From an uncultured delta proteobacterium (lineage in GTDB: Bacteria; Myxococcota; Myxococcia; Myxococcales; Myxococcaceae), in the NCBI GenBank assembly GCA_963771175.1, contig CAVYSY010000026.1:192001-256000 (forward strand): 64,000 bases of DNA. The letters are read 5' to 3'. Both the position numbers and the translations under genes were made by a program. A model generated the notes under the pieces. The model was not told the DNA's origin. It saw only the letters and a program-made list of their open reading frames with translations, and did no database searches. How positions within the stretch are numbered: the first letter of the stretch is position 1; every line of letters begins with the position of its first letter. Positions 29,479 to 40,013 of this stretch are shown here, in pieces.

Positions 29479-30819
29479 GTGAGCGCCTCCTCGGACGCTG
29501 GCCCGAGGACAGGCTGGCGGCGAACCTTCACGGAGGCTTCGTTTGACTCCCCCGGGGGCCTCTGCCATGTGCGCCCCGTGCTCCCCGCGGAACAACTCGT
29601 TGCACTCCAGGAACCGCCTCCGGTGCCGGCGGTGGCGTTCACGCTGCGGCTCGGACAGGCGCTGCATCGCTACGGCACTCCGGCCCACCAACTGGAGGAG
29701 CAGATGCGGCTGGTCTCGCAACGGTTGGGGCTGGAGGCTCGCTTCTTCTCCACGCCCACCTCCATCTTCGCGTCCTTCGGTCCTCCCGAGGCGCTGCGCA
29801 CCAGCCTCATCCGCGTGGAGCCGGGGGAGCTGGACCTCGGACGGCTCGCCCACCTGGACGCGCTGGCGAACTCGGTCATCCGCGGTGAGCTCTCCCCCGA
29901 GGAGGGTGCGGAGCGCGTGGAGGCCGTCCTCTCCGAGCCCCCTCGCTACGGCAACGCCCTCCTCCTGCTGTGCTGGGCGCTCGCGGCGAGCGGCGGGGCC
30001 CGGCTCTTCGGCGGTGGCCCCCGGGAGATGGGCGTGGCGGCGGTCATCAGCCTCCTCATCGGCGGGTTGGATCTGTGGACGCGGCGAAAGCCCTCGACGG
30101 TCTGGGTGCTGGAGCCCGTGGCCGCCGTCCTCTCCTCGGCGCTCGCGGTCGTGGCGGCGAGCCTCCTGGGGCCCCTGTCCGTGCAGATCGTCACGCTCGC
30201 CGGCCTCATCGTGCTGCTGCCCGGCCTCAGCCTCACGGTGGCCATCAACGAGCTCGCCACGCGCAACCTCATCTCCGGCACGTCCCGGCTCATGGGCGCG
30301 GCGCTCGTGTTCCTGGAGCTCGGCTTCGGCGTGGCGCTGGGCACCCGGTTGACGGAGCTGTTCCCGCTGCCCGCGAAGCTCGGCCCGGTGCCCGCGCTCC
30401 CGGGGTGGACCGAGCCCCTCTCCCTCGTGCTGATGCTGTTCGCGGTGAGCATCCTCTTCCGGGCCCGGCCTCGGGACTGGGGGTGGATCGCCGTGGCCGG
30501 GACGCTCTCCTACGCGGGCTCCCGCCTGGGTGCGCAGGTCCTCGGGCCGCAGCTCGGCGCGTTCCTCGGCGCGCTCACCGTGGGGCTCGTCACCAACCTG
30601 CTCGCGCGGGCGCGCAACCGGCCCACCGTCATCACCCTGGTGCCCGCCATCATGCTGCTGGTGCCCGGCAGCATCGGGTTCCGCAGCATGGAGTCCCTGC
30701 TCGCCCGCGATGTGCTCGCGGGCGTGGACACCGCCTTCTCCATGCTCATGGTGGCGGTGGCCCTGGTGGCGGGCCTCCTGTTCGCCAACACCCTCTACCA
30801 GCCGCGCAAGGTGCTCTGA
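29479..30819 (+). CDS. Threonine/serine exporter (ThrE family); true start probably ~29570
   Basis: LGQALHRYG, PTSIF, LLPG...EL...SG and LVPG motifs; multiple TM helices. Confidence 0.85.
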   Translation: MSASSDAGPRTGWRRTFTEASFDSPGGLCHVRPVLPAEQLVALQEPPPVPAVAFTLRLGQALHRYGTPAHQLEEQMRLVSQRLGLEARFFSTPTSIFASFGPPEALRTSLIRVEPGELDLGRLAHLDALANSVIRGELSPEEGAERVEAVLSEPPRYGNALLLLCWALAASGGARLFGGGPREMGVAAVISLLIGGLDLWTRRKPSTVWVLEPVAAVLSSALAVVAASLLGPLSVQIVTLAGLIVLLPGLSLTVAINELATRNLISGTSRLMGAALVFLELGFGVALGTRLTELFPLPAKLGPVPALPGWTEPLSLVLMLFAVSILFRARPRDWGWIAVAGTLSYAGSRLGAQVLGPQLGAFLGALTVGLVTNLLARARNRPTVITLVPAIMLLVPGSIGFRSMESLLARDVLAGVDTAFSMLMVAVALVAGLLFANTLYQPRKVL

Positions 30820-30825
30820 GCCGCC

Positions 30826-33195
30826 TCAGCGCGGCGCGGCCCGGGCCTGCTCCACCGCGCGAAGGATGGCCTCCGGCGTCGCGGGCGAGGCCAGCTCCAC
30901 CGGCGTGCGCGGCGGCCCGAAGGCGGCGACCGCCTGCCGCAGCGCCGTCACCGCGCCGATGGCCAGCATGAAGGGAGGCTCTCCCACTGCCTTGCTGCCG
31001 TGGATGGTGTCGTCCTGCGGCGCGCGCTCCAGCAGCGAGACGCGGAAGTCCTCGGGCGCGTCCCCCACCGCCGGAATCTTGTACGTGTCCGGCGAGTGCG
31101 TGAGGAGCCGCCCCTTGGAGTCGAACAGCACCTCCTCGCACGTGAGCCACCCCAGGCCCTGGATGAAGCCGCCCTCCACCTGGCCCCGGTCGATGCTCGG
31201 CACGAGCGAGGTGCCCACGTCGTGGAGGATGTCCACCCGCCGCACGCGGTGCTCGCCGGTGAGGCCGCTCACCTCCACCTCCACCACGGCGGCACCGAAG
31301 GCGTAGTAGTGGAAGGGCTTCCCGCGCCCGGCCACCCGGTCGTACGTGATGTCCGGCGTGCGGTAGTAGCCCGTGGCCGACAGCGACACCTGCGCGAGGT
31401 ACGCGGCATGCACCACCTCGGCGAAGGACGCCGAGCGCTCGGGGCGCGAGTGCAGGAAGACGCGGCCCCCGGCGAAGACGAGCGCATCCGCCTCGCCGCC
31501 CCGCTCGAGTTGCAGCAGCCGCGCCGCCACCGGGCGCAGCCGCTCCCGGAGGACCTCGCACGCCTGCTTCACCGCCTGCCCGTTGAGGTCCGAGCCGCTG
31601 GAGGCCGCCGTGGCCGAGGTGTTGGGCACCTTGTCCGTGGCGGTGTGCATCACCCGCACGCGCTCGGGGAGCACGCCCAGCTCGTGGGCGCACACGGCCC
31701 GCATCTTGGTGTGCAGTCCCTGCCCCATCTCGGTGCCACCGTGGTTGAGCTGCACGGTGCCGTCCGTGTACACGACCACCAGGGCGCCGGCCTGGTTGAG
31801 GAAGCTCGTGGTGAAGGAGATGCCGAACTTCACCGGCTGGAAGCCGATGCCCCGCTTCGTCCACCGCGAGCTGGCATTGAAGGCGTCGATTTCCGCGCGG
31901 CGCCGGGCATAGTCGCTGGAGGCCAGCAGCTCCGCGTGGATGCGCTGCAGGCGGTTGCCCTCGACGACCTGGCCGTACTGGGTGACGTTCGCGGGCGCGT
32001 CCTTGTAGTAGTTGCGCTCGCGCACCACGGTGGGGTCCAACCCGAGCCGCTCGGCGGCGCGGTTGAGCACCTCCTCCATCACGAACACGCCCTGGGGCCC
32101 GCCGAAGCCGCGGAAGGCCGTGTTGGAGGGCAGGTTCGTCCGGGCCACCTGGCCGGTGAAGCTCAGCGCCGGGACGAAGTACGCGTTGTCCAGGTGGAAG
32201 AGCGCCCGGTCCAGGATGGCGCGCGACAGGTCCGAGCTCCACCCACCGTCGGAGATCAGCTCCACCTTCAGCGCGAGCAGCCGCCCCTCGGCGTCGAAGC
32301 CCGCGTCGTACCGGCCCCAGAAGGGGTGACGCTTGCCCGTGGAGGCCATGTCCTGGTCGCGGTTGAGCCACACCTTCGCCGGCCGCCCGGTGACGCGCGC
32401 CCCCAGGGCCGCCAGGGCCGCGAAGGGCGCGGCCTGCGTCTCCTTGCCACCGAAGCCGCCGCCCATGCGCGGCACCTCCACCACCACCTGGTGCCGTCCC
32501 AACCGCAGCACGCCGGCCACGATGGCCTGCACCTCGGACGGGTGCTGGGTGGAGCACCACAGGTGCACCGACTCGTCCTCTCCGGGCACCGCCAGCGACA
32601 CCTGGGTCTCCAGGTAGAAGTGGTCCTGGGCGCCCGTCATGCACTCGCCCGAGAGGCGCACCGGCGCGGCGGCGAGCGCGGCGTCCGGCTCGCCCCGGCG
32701 GATGGTGTGCGGCTCCGAGAGGAAGGCCCCCGCCTCCACCGCCGCCTTCATCGTCAGCAGCGCGGGCAGCGCCTCGTACTCCACCTCCACCAGCGCGGCG
32801 GCGCGGCGGGCGAGGTCCGCGCTCTCCGCGAACACCACGGCCACCGTCTGCCCCAGGAAGTGCACCTCGCCCTCGGCGAGCAGGGGCTCGTCGTGGATGA
32901 CGGGGCCCACCTGGTTCTCCCCGGGCACGTCCTCGGCGAAGAGCACGGCGTGGACACCGGGCAGCGCGCGGGCCTTCGTCGCGTCCTTGCGGAGGATGCG
33001 CGCGTGCGCGTGCGGCGAGGTGACGAGGTGCCCCGCCAGCATCCCGGGAGGCTGGGGCATGTCGTCCACGTAGAGGGCCTCGCCGCTGGTGTGCTTCAGG
33101 CCACTCTCGTGCGGGGCCGGGGCATGCAGGGGCGTGCTGGCCGGCGCGGGCTGCTGGGCGCGGGCGGACTCGGGAGAAGAAGGAAGCGTGCTCAT
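30826..33195 (-). CDS. xdhB: Xanthine dehydrogenase molybdopterin subunit
   Basis: HFYLETQ, MGGGFGGKE, AFRGFGGPQG and SKAVGEPP. Confidence 0.95.
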   Translation of the reverse strand: MSTLPSSPESARAQQPAPASTPLHAPAPHESGLKHTSGEALYVDDMPQPPGMLAGHLVTSPHAHARILRKDATKARALPGVHAVLFAEDVPGENQVGPVIHDEPLLAEGEVHFLGQTVAVVFAESADLARRAAALVEVEYEALPALLTMKAAVEAGAFLSEPHTIRRGEPDAALAAAPVRLSGECMTGAQDHFYLETQVSLAVPGEDESVHLWCSTQHPSEVQAIVAGVLRLGRHQVVVEVPRMGGGFGGKETQAAPFAALAALGARVTGRPAKVWLNRDQDMASTGKRHPFWGRYDAGFDAEGRLLALKVELISDGGWSSDLSRAILDRALFHLDNAYFVPALSFTGQVARTNLPSNTAFRGFGGPQGVFVMEEVLNRAAERLGLDPTVVRERNYYKDAPANVTQYGQVVEGNRLQRIHAELLASSDYARRRAEIDAFNASSRWTKRGIGFQPVKFGISFTTSFLNQAGALVVVYTDGTVQLNHGGTEMGQGLHTKMRAVCAHELGVLPERVRVMHTATDKVPNTSATAASSGSDLNGQAVKQACEVLRERLRPVAARLLQLERGGEADALVFAGGRVFLHSRPERSASFAEVVHAAYLAQVSLSATGYYRTPDITYDRVAGRGKPFHYYAFGAAVVEVEVSGLTGEHRVRRVDILHDVGTSLVPSIDRGQVEGGFIQGLGWLTCEEVLFDSKGRLLTHSPDTYKIPAVGDAPEDFRVSLLERAPQDDTIHGSKAVGEPPFMLAIGAVTALRQAVAAFGPPRTPVELASPATPEAILRAVEQARAAPR

Positions 33196-33200
33196 CCGGG

Positions 33201-34652
33201 TTACCTCACCTGCACCGTGGCCGGGTGCTGCTCCGCGAGCCGGGGCATGGGCGATTGCTGTGTCTCGAGGAAGAAGCCGCGCAGGAGGTTCTTCGCCACC
33301 TGGGCGCGGTACCACGCCGAGCCTCGATGGTCGGACAGGGGCTTGAAGTCCTCGTCCAGCCGGACCAGCGCCGCCTCCACGGTGGCCTCCGTCCAGGGCT
33401 GGCCCACCAGCGCGGCCTCGGTGCGCCGGGCCCGCGCGGGCGTGGCCGCCATGCCGCCGTAGGCCAGCCGCGCCTCCGTCACCTTCCCCTCCCCGTCCAC
33501 CACCACCCGGAAGCCCGCGGCCACGGCACTGATGTCCAGCTCACGCCGCTTGGACACCTTGTACGCGAGCGCCCGGGCCCCCTCGGGCTGCGCCGGCACG
33601 TCCACGTACGCCAGCACCTCACCGCGTCCGAGCGCCGTGCGCCGGTAGCCCAGGAAGAAGTCCTCCAGCGGCATCCGTCGCTCGCCCGCCCGCGAGCGCA
33701 GCACCACCTCGGCCCCGAGCGCGAGGAGCACCGGCGCCAGGTCACCAATCGGCGACGCGTTGCAGAGGTTGCCGCCCACCGTCGCGCGGTTCTTGATCTG
33801 CCGCGAGCCGAAGTAGCGCAGCATCCGCTCCAGGGGCGGGCTCGCGGCGCGCGCGTAGTCCTCCAGGTCCGTCAGCCGCACCGAGGCGCCCAGGCGATGT
33901 CCGCCGTTTCGAGGCTCCAGCGCGCGCAGCTCGGGCAGGGCCTCCAGCGACACCAGCAGCGGGGGCTCCGCGTACTTCTTGGTCACCTCCAGCGACAGGT
34001 CCGTGCCGCCCACCACGAAGCGGGCCTCCGGGTGCTTGTCCAGCACGTCCCAGAGCGCGTCCAGCGAGCCGGGGGTGAAGAAGCGCTGGGCACCGGCCTC
34101 GTAGGAGAGGTCCATGGGCTCGGGCTGCGTCTCCGCGAGCGCTCGGGCGAAGCGGTCCTGGGGGCGCAGGCCGGCCACGCGGGTGGCGGCCTCGCGGATG
34201 GGCCGGTAGCCGGTGCAGCGGCAGAGGTTGCCGCACAGCTGCGCGTCCAGCTTCCAGGGCTCGTCCAGGTCGCGGCGGTGGCAGGCCTCCAGCATCGACA
34301 TGGCGACGCCCGGCGTGCAGTAGCCGCACTGAGAGCCCAGCTCGCGCGCCAGCGTCTCCTGGACGAGGTGGTACTTCCCGCTCTCCTTGAGCGACTCCAC
34401 CGTGTACACGCGTTTGCCCTGCACCATGGGCAGCAGCACCAGGCACGCGTTCACCGCGCGCAGGGCCGGTGCCCCCTGGCCATCGTGCTCCAGCACGACG
34501 ACGGAGCAGGCCCCGCAGTCGCCCTCGGCACAGCCTTCCTTGGTGCCGGTCAGGTGCGCCCTGTCCCGCAGGTAGCGCAGCAGGGTCGTGGTGGGAGAGA
34601 GTCCCGTCTCCTCGACGGGTCGGTCATTCAGGAAGAAGCGCAGCCGTTCCAT
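33201..34652 (-). CDS. xdhA: Xanthine dehydrogenase small subunit (2Fe-2S/FAD)
   Basis: GTKEGCAEGDCGAC, QCGYCTPG and NLCRCTGY. Confidence 0.95.
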   Translation of the reverse strand: MERLRFFLNDRPVEETGLSPTTTLLRYLRDRAHLTGTKEGCAEGDCGACSVVVLEHDGQGAPALRAVNACLVLLPMVQGKRVYTVESLKESGKYHLVQETLARELGSQCGYCTPGVAMSMLEACHRRDLDEPWKLDAQLCGNLCRCTGYRPIREAATRVAGLRPQDRFARALAETQPEPMDLSYEAGAQRFFTPGSLDALWDVLDKHPEARFVVGGTDLSLEVTKKYAEPPLLVSLEALPELRALEPRNGGHRLGASVRLTDLEDYARAASPPLERMLRYFGSRQIKNRATVGGNLCNASPIGDLAPVLLALGAEVVLRSRAGERRMPLEDFFLGYRRTALGRGEVLAYVDVPAQPEGARALAYKVSKRRELDISAVAAGFRVVVDGEGKVTEARLAYGGMAATPARARRTEAALVGQPWTEATVEAALVRLDEDFKPLSDHRGSAWYRAQVAKNLLRGFFLETQQSPMPRLAEQHPATVQVR

Positions 34653-34745
34653 GGGCCTCCCCCAGCCCCCTGGAGGGTGGCCGGGGGGCCAGCGTACTAC
34701 GGCGGGCGGCTTCCCGCCCTTCAGGATTGCCTAACGCCGGACACT

Positions 34746-35159
34746 TCAGCCGCGCAGGGCGAAGAGGGCGACCAGGCTGACGAGGAAGTAGGGCACCAGG
34801 GCGGCAGCGCCCGCGTACTCCTTGGCCATGCGCTGGCCGAAGAAGAGGGCCACGAAGGAGAGCCCGGAGAGGGCCGCGCCCCACATGGCCACCCGCGTGC
34901 TCCCGGACAGCACCAGCGACACCACCCCGGCCGCGCTCACCGCGCCAGAGGCCAATTCCATCACCGTGAGGGTGAGCAGCATGGGGACCACCACCCCGCG
35001 CAAGAGGCTCTTGGAGAAGTGTCCGGTGAGCCACCCCAGGTTGCCCTTCCAGTCGAAGACCTTGTCCAGGCCGGACTGCAGGAAGGTGATGGCGAGCAGG
35101 AGGGTGCTCAGCACCTGGATGAGCCAGAGGGGGAAGAGGTTCGAGTCGAGTGACGGCAT
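34746..35159 (-). CDS. DoxX-like membrane protein
   Basis: FLQSGLDKVFDWKGN...FGQRMAKEY. Confidence 0.75.
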   Translation of the reverse strand: MPSLDSNLFPLWLIQVLSTLLLAITFLQSGLDKVFDWKGNLGWLTGHFSKSLLRGVVVPMLLTLTVMELASGAVSAAGVVSLVLSGSTRVAMWGAALSGLSFVALFFGQRMAKEYAGAAALVPYFLVSLVALFALRG

Positions 35160-35278
35160 GGGGCGCGTACTCTACCCGGCCTGCCCGCTTCCCCAAGTAC
35201 CGAGCCGCCGTCACGAGCAGCCAACCGGGCGGACCCCCACCCCTTCCGCTCGCTGGGGGGCGCCCCCATCGTCCGACC

Positions 35279-36448
35279 ATGGCCTCGGAAAAAGTCGCCC
35301 GGCGGGTCTTCATCGGGCTCATCCTGCTGTCCATCGCCCTGGTGCTGGTGGTTGCCTCGCCCTTCCTCGAGGCCTTCTTCCTGGCCGCGGTGCTCGCCGG
35401 AGCCTTCCAGGGCCTGCAGAGGTGGTTGACGCTGCACTTCAGGGGGCGGGCCGGGTTGTCCGCCAGCCTCATCTGCGTGGGCTTCGTCCTGGCCCTCCTG
35501 GCGCCGCTCGCCAGCCTCACCGCCTTCATCGTCTCGGAGCTCATCGAGGGGGTGAACTTCATCTCCACCGTGGTCCAGCAGCGGGGGCTGGAAGGACTGC
35601 TGACCTACGTCCCCGGCCCGCTGCGAGAACCCGCCGGACGGATGTTGGACCGCTTCCAGGCGGAGAGCGCCGGACTGTGGCAGACCCTGCAGGAGCAGCT
35701 CAGCACCCGGGGCTCCACCGCGGCCCAGACGGTGGGCGGGGTGGTGATGACCACGGGCTCGGTGGTCTTCCAGACCGTGATGATGCTCATCGCGCTGTAC
35801 TTCCTGCTGGTGCAGGGCAAGGAGCTCGTCGCGTGGCTGGAGAGCGTGTCCCCCCTCAAGCGCGGGCAGACGATAGAGCTGCTCACCGAGTTCCGCCGCG
35901 TCACCAAGGCGGTGCTGGTGTCCAGCATCGCCACCGCGGGCGTGCAGGCGGTGGCGGCCCTGGTGGGCTACCTCATCGCCCGGGTGCCGGTCCCCATCTT
36001 CTTCGCGGCCATCACGTTCTTCTTCGCCCTCATCCCCGCCGTCGGCGCCGCCGTGGTGTGCCTGGCCGCCGCCCTGCTGCTGCTGGCCACCGGCCATCCC
36101 TGGGCCGCCCTGTTCCTGGCGATCTGGGGACTCGTCGTGGTGGGGCTCTCCGACAACGTCATCAAGCCCCTGCTCGCCAAGCGCGGCATGCACATGCACG
36201 GCGCCATCGTCTTCTTCGCCCTGCTCGGGGGCCTGTCCGTCTTCGGCGCCATCGGCCTGCTGCTGGGGCCGCTCATCGTGGCCTTCTTCCTCGCCGTGTT
36301 GCGCATCTACGAGCGCGACTACGGCCGGCCCTCCGCCCTCCCCGGAGACCCGGGCACCCCGCCCCAGAACAAGCCCACCGTGGCGGAGGGAGAGGAGTGG
36401 GAGCCCACGGTGTTCCATCCGAATGGGAAGGAGCGGCCCTCCCACTGA
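35279..36448 (+). CDS. AI-2E family transporter
   Basis: DNVIKP...GGLSVFGAIGLLLGP. Confidence 0.9.
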   Translation: MASEKVARRVFIGLILLSIALVLVVASPFLEAFFLAAVLAGAFQGLQRWLTLHFRGRAGLSASLICVGFVLALLAPLASLTAFIVSELIEGVNFISTVVQQRGLEGLLTYVPGPLREPAGRMLDRFQAESAGLWQTLQEQLSTRGSTAAQTVGGVVMTTGSVVFQTVMMLIALYFLLVQGKELVAWLESVSPLKRGQTIELLTEFRRVTKAVLVSSIATAGVQAVAALVGYLIARVPVPIFFAAITFFFALIPAVGAAVVCLAAALLLLATGHPWAALFLAIWGLVVVGLSDNVIKPLLAKRGMHMHGAIVFFALLGGLSVFGAIGLLLGPLIVAFFLAVLRIYERDYGRPSALPGDPGTPPQNKPTVAEGEEWEPTVFHPNGKERPSH

Positions 36449-36478
36449 CCCCCTGAAGCAGGTGCCTTCAGGGGGCTC
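36449..36478 (+). terminator. Hairpin after the AI-2E gene
   Basis: CCCCCTGAAG...CTTCAGGGGG. Confidence 0.5.
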
Positions 36479-36500
36479 GCCGCCACCTCGCGAGCACGAC

Positions 36501-36567
36501 CTCCCGGGCGCGCGGTGCGAAAACCTGTCCGACAGTCGGACAGGTTTTTCGAGCGCGCGCCCGGGAG
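36501..36567. repeat. REP-like intergenic palindrome
   Basis: AAAACCTGTCCGAC-A-GTCGGACAGGTTTT core with outer arms CTCCCGGGCGCGCG/CGCGCGCCCGGGAG. Confidence 0.75.
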
Positions 36568-36579
36568 CCCTGCTGACGG

Positions 36580-38622
36580 CTACGGCTGGACGCCGGCTCC
36601 GGTCACGTCGAGCGAGTAGCTGCCGGTGGCGCCCGCGTAGCCCACCACCTTGACGTAGTAGGTGCCCGCCCCCGAGACGTTGTAGCTGCCCAGCTCCGGG
36701 TTGCTCGTGGTGTAGCCGCGCTCCAGGTACAGGTTGAGGTCGGAGGCGGAGTACAGGTACCAGTCCAGGTCCTGGCCACCGGGCATGGACAGCGACACCG
36801 TGACGGTGGTCGGCGCGTCCACCGTGAACTTGAACCAGTCCACGTCCGTGGAGGTGGAGACGTTGCCACTCACGCCGGTGCCCGCCGCCACCCGCCCGTT
36901 GGCGGTCGCCGCGGTGTCGTTGGACTCGGTCTCCGAGGTGATGACGACCTCACCCGGCGTGCCGCCGTCCGTGCCTCCCGTGCCGCCGTCCGTGCCTCCC
37001 GTGCCGCCGTCCGTGCCGCCGCCACCACCGGCAGCCGACCCATCCACCAGCGTGCCCGGAGAGGTGGAGAGGCTCGACAGGCTCGTATGCAGCACGAAGG
37101 AACCACTGGCGCTGACATCCGGGCTCCGGTTCATCGACACCCCATCCGTGCCCGACAGCGACGACGTGTAGCTGAAGCCGTCCACCGTCGTACCGGACGC
37201 GCTCTTCAGCGTCACCGTGCCCCCGCTGTTGCCCAGCACCAGCGAGCCCGTCGAGGCAGAGACCGCGTTCGTCAGCTCCGCGGGAATGCCCGACGCGCCC
37301 GCGAAGACGACCAGCATCGAGCCAGCGCCCAGGGTGCTGCCACTCGCGAAGGAGTGCCGCGTGGTCGTTCCGATGACCAGGGTCCACCCGCTCAGGTCCG
37401 CCGCCCCGGTCCCCACGTTCACCAGCTCGACGAACTCGCGAGTGGTGTCACTCGACGGCTCGTTGGCCAGGATCTCGTTGATGATGACCTGCGCCGTGCC
37501 CGTGCCCGTGCCCGCGTCCGTCCCCGTGCCCGCGTCCGTCCCCGTCCCCGCGTCCGTCCCGTGCCCGCGTCCGTCCCCGTCCCCGCGTCCGTCCCCGTCC
37601 CCGCGTCCGTCCCCGTCCCCGCATCCGTCCCCGTCCCCGCGTCCGTCCCCGTCCCCGCGTCCGTCCCCGTCCCCGTGTCACCCGGAATGAGGAAGTCCTT
37701 GATGACGGCCATGTGCTGCATGTTGGAGGCGCCGCTGTCACTGGACTGCGCGGGGGAGATCTCGCGAGATGGGCGAGTACACGCGCGTGTCCACCACCAG
37801 GCCCGCGGGGAAGGAGCTCCCGCCGATGACCGTGGCCGTCTGGTAGGCGCGCAGGTCCGCGTCCACCAGCACGTGGTCGTACGGCTTGCCACGGCAGGCG
37901 TTGGTGTTGCCGTTGCCGTTCTTGTCCGCCGGGTACGGGCTGCTGGTGCGTCACCACCTGGCTGAAGGTGCTGAAGCAGCTCTCGGTGCGGCTGCTGGTG
38001 TTGAAGTCACCGCCGATGACCAGGAAGTCGCCCGCGGGGATGTGCGCCTGGATGAACTGCACCAGGCTGTTCGCCTCGCTGTTGCGCACGCTGCTGCTCG
38101 CGGTGAGCAGGTGCACGCTCACCACCCAGAGGTCCTTGGGCCCGGGAATGTCGATGCGCGCCCAGGCGAAGTCCCGGTTGCTCGACGTTCGGGTCGTCCC
38201 ACTCGCCCGCGGCGATGATGGGCCAGCGGCTGATGACGCCGTTCGGAATCTGCGCCCCGCCCTCGCGGTAGTAGTAGAAGCCCGGCCCGAACGCCGTATC
38301 CACGAAGCCCCGGATGGCGCTGGCCGAGTTGTCGCCGTAGTTGAACTCCTGGATCATCACCACGTCCGGCTTCGGTGCCCTGGAAGATGCGGAGGCCGTG
38401 GCCCGGGTCGTAGCTCTGCAGGTTGCCGCTGGTGATGTTGGCGGCCATCAGGCGCACCCGGACATCGGTGAGCGAGGCCCCAGTGGAGGTGATGCCCTCG
38501 TCCGAGGACTCCATCGGGTCCACGGCGCCCTCACCACATGCGGCGAGGGCCAGGGCGAACAGCGGCAGCAACAGCCAGGCTCGGAGGCTGGCCCGCGGCG
38601 AGGGGGGGAGGTGCTGGGACAT
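36580..38622 (-). CDS. Lipoprotein nuclease/phosphatase (EEP) + lamin-tail + PPC-like domains, frameshifted
   Basis: LAAC lipobox; IQEFN, VHL, GGDFN, YDHV; IINEILAN...EFVEL; ETESNDT...DVDWF. Confidence 0.75.
37495..37678. repeat. 18-bp tandem repeat encoding a (GTGTDA)n linker
   Basis: Repeated CCGTCCCCGTCCCCGCGT. Confidence 0.9.
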
Positions 38623-38708
38623 AGGCGACTTCCTGCCCGCGACGAGCGGGCGCTCGAGAAGGACGACGGCCCCATCATCCTCGATTTTCCCCCTGCTGTC
38701 TCGCAGCC

Positions 38709-39197
38709 TCACTGTGAAATTACAGCTTGGGTCGCCGCGGCGGCGGACAGTGCGACAAAGAGGTAGCGCAGCCCCTTGCCCAGTGTGACGAAGGCGACGA
38801 AGGGCGCCCAGCGCACCCCCACGAGGCCGGCGGCGAGGACGAACACGTCTCCCACCACGGGCACCCAGGAGAAGACGAGCACCGGCGCGCCCCAGGTGGC
38901 CAGCCGCGCCTTGGCCCGCTCCAGCCGGGGGCCCTCCTGGTCGATGCGCCGCCGAACCCAGCGCCCCACCGCGCCGCCTCCGCCTCCCGCCACCCAGCGC
39001 CCCAGGAGGTAGACGGTGAGGGCACCGAGCACGTTGCCCCCGGTGGCCACCGCCACCGCCGGCCCCGGAGGCACCCCTCCATAGACGAGCGCGGCCAGCA
39101 CCGCCTCGGAGGGAGCGGCGAGGATGGAGCCGGCCACCACCGCCACGAGGAAGAGCCCCGGCAGACTCCATTGGCTGAGTGTGGACACTTCAAACAT
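38709..39197 (-). CDS. YqaA/DedA-family membrane protein
   Basis: PSEAVL, GNVLG, SWVPVVGD and GKGLRY. Confidence 0.85.
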   Translation of the reverse strand: MFEVSTLSQWSLPGLFLVAVVAGSILAAPSEAVLAALVYGGVPPGPAVAVATGGNVLGALTVYLLGRWVAGGGGGAVGRWVRRRIDQEGPRLERAKARLATWGAPVLVFSWVPVVGDVFVLAAGLVGVRWAPFVAFVTLGKGLRYLFVALSAAAATQAVISQ

Positions 39198-39329
39198 GGA
39201 CGGCGTCCACTTTAGAGCCTTCCGCGCCCGTCAGGACAGGCACGGACTCCCTGTACTCCCGGGAGGGCTGGACGCCTGCCTACCCATCCCTACCTTCCAC
39301 CCAACACCCACCCTGTCTTGAGGTCTCCC

Positions 39330-40010
39330 ATGAAGTCCCTCGTCGCCCTCGCGGCCATGGGCCTGCTGCTCACCAGCGGGAGCGGTCTGGCCCAGTCCGC
39401 CAGGTACACCGTGCGAATCAGTGAGTTGCTGCTGCTGCCCGAGGTCACCACCCCCACCGCGAACCAGACGGCCAGCGGCGAGTGGAAGGACCTGCTCCAC
39501 ACCACCCTGACGACGGGGCAGCGCAAGAACCTCACCCTGCAGGTCTCGCTGGAGGCCGGCCTGCACACGGCCGCCCAGGCACGCGCCCGGTACGGCACGG
39601 CGGAGGGCGCCCCGGCCAGGGGCCTCCTCGAGCTCCGGGTCGTGGTGGACGGGACCCCGGTGACCCCCGGCACCGTCCTCCTCACCGAGCGCCCGCGGCA
39701 CCTCCTGAACCGCCTGGGCGATGTGCTGGAGAGCTGCGCCGACTCCGACGCCAACGGCACCATCGTCGCCGACGAGTGCATCTTCACCGGCGAGGAGCAG
39801 CGACGCGTGCTGCGCGCCCTCGAGACGTACGCGCTCACCTTCGCGCTGGATGACATCGACACCGGCACCCACGACATTCGCGTGCAGGCGCGCGTCAGCG
39901 TCTCCACCCAGGGCGCCACCGGCTCGGCCTCCGCGGGCGCGTGGATCGGCCGCGGTGCCGTCAGCGTCGAGGAGGTCCGACTGGTGAAGAGCTTCGACAT
40001 CTCCCAGTGA
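39330..40010 (+). CDS. Secreted hypothetical protein
   Basis: Signal peptide; GC3-biased ORF. Confidence 0.6.
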   Translation: MKSLVALAAMGLLLTSGSGLAQSARYTVRISELLLLPEVTTPTANQTASGEWKDLLHTTLTTGQRKNLTLQVSLEAGLHTAAQARARYGTAEGAPARGLLELRVVVDGTPVTPGTVLLTERPRHLLNRLGDVLESCADSDANGTIVADECIFTGEEQRRVLRALETYALTFALDDIDTGTHDIRVQARVSVSTQGATGSASAGAWIGRGAVSVEEVRLVKSFDISQ

Positions 40011-40013
40011 GAC

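Noticed and set aside
37495..37678. Non-coding repeat array
   Set aside because: An 18-bp in-frame unit encoding a Gly/Thr linker inside a CDS
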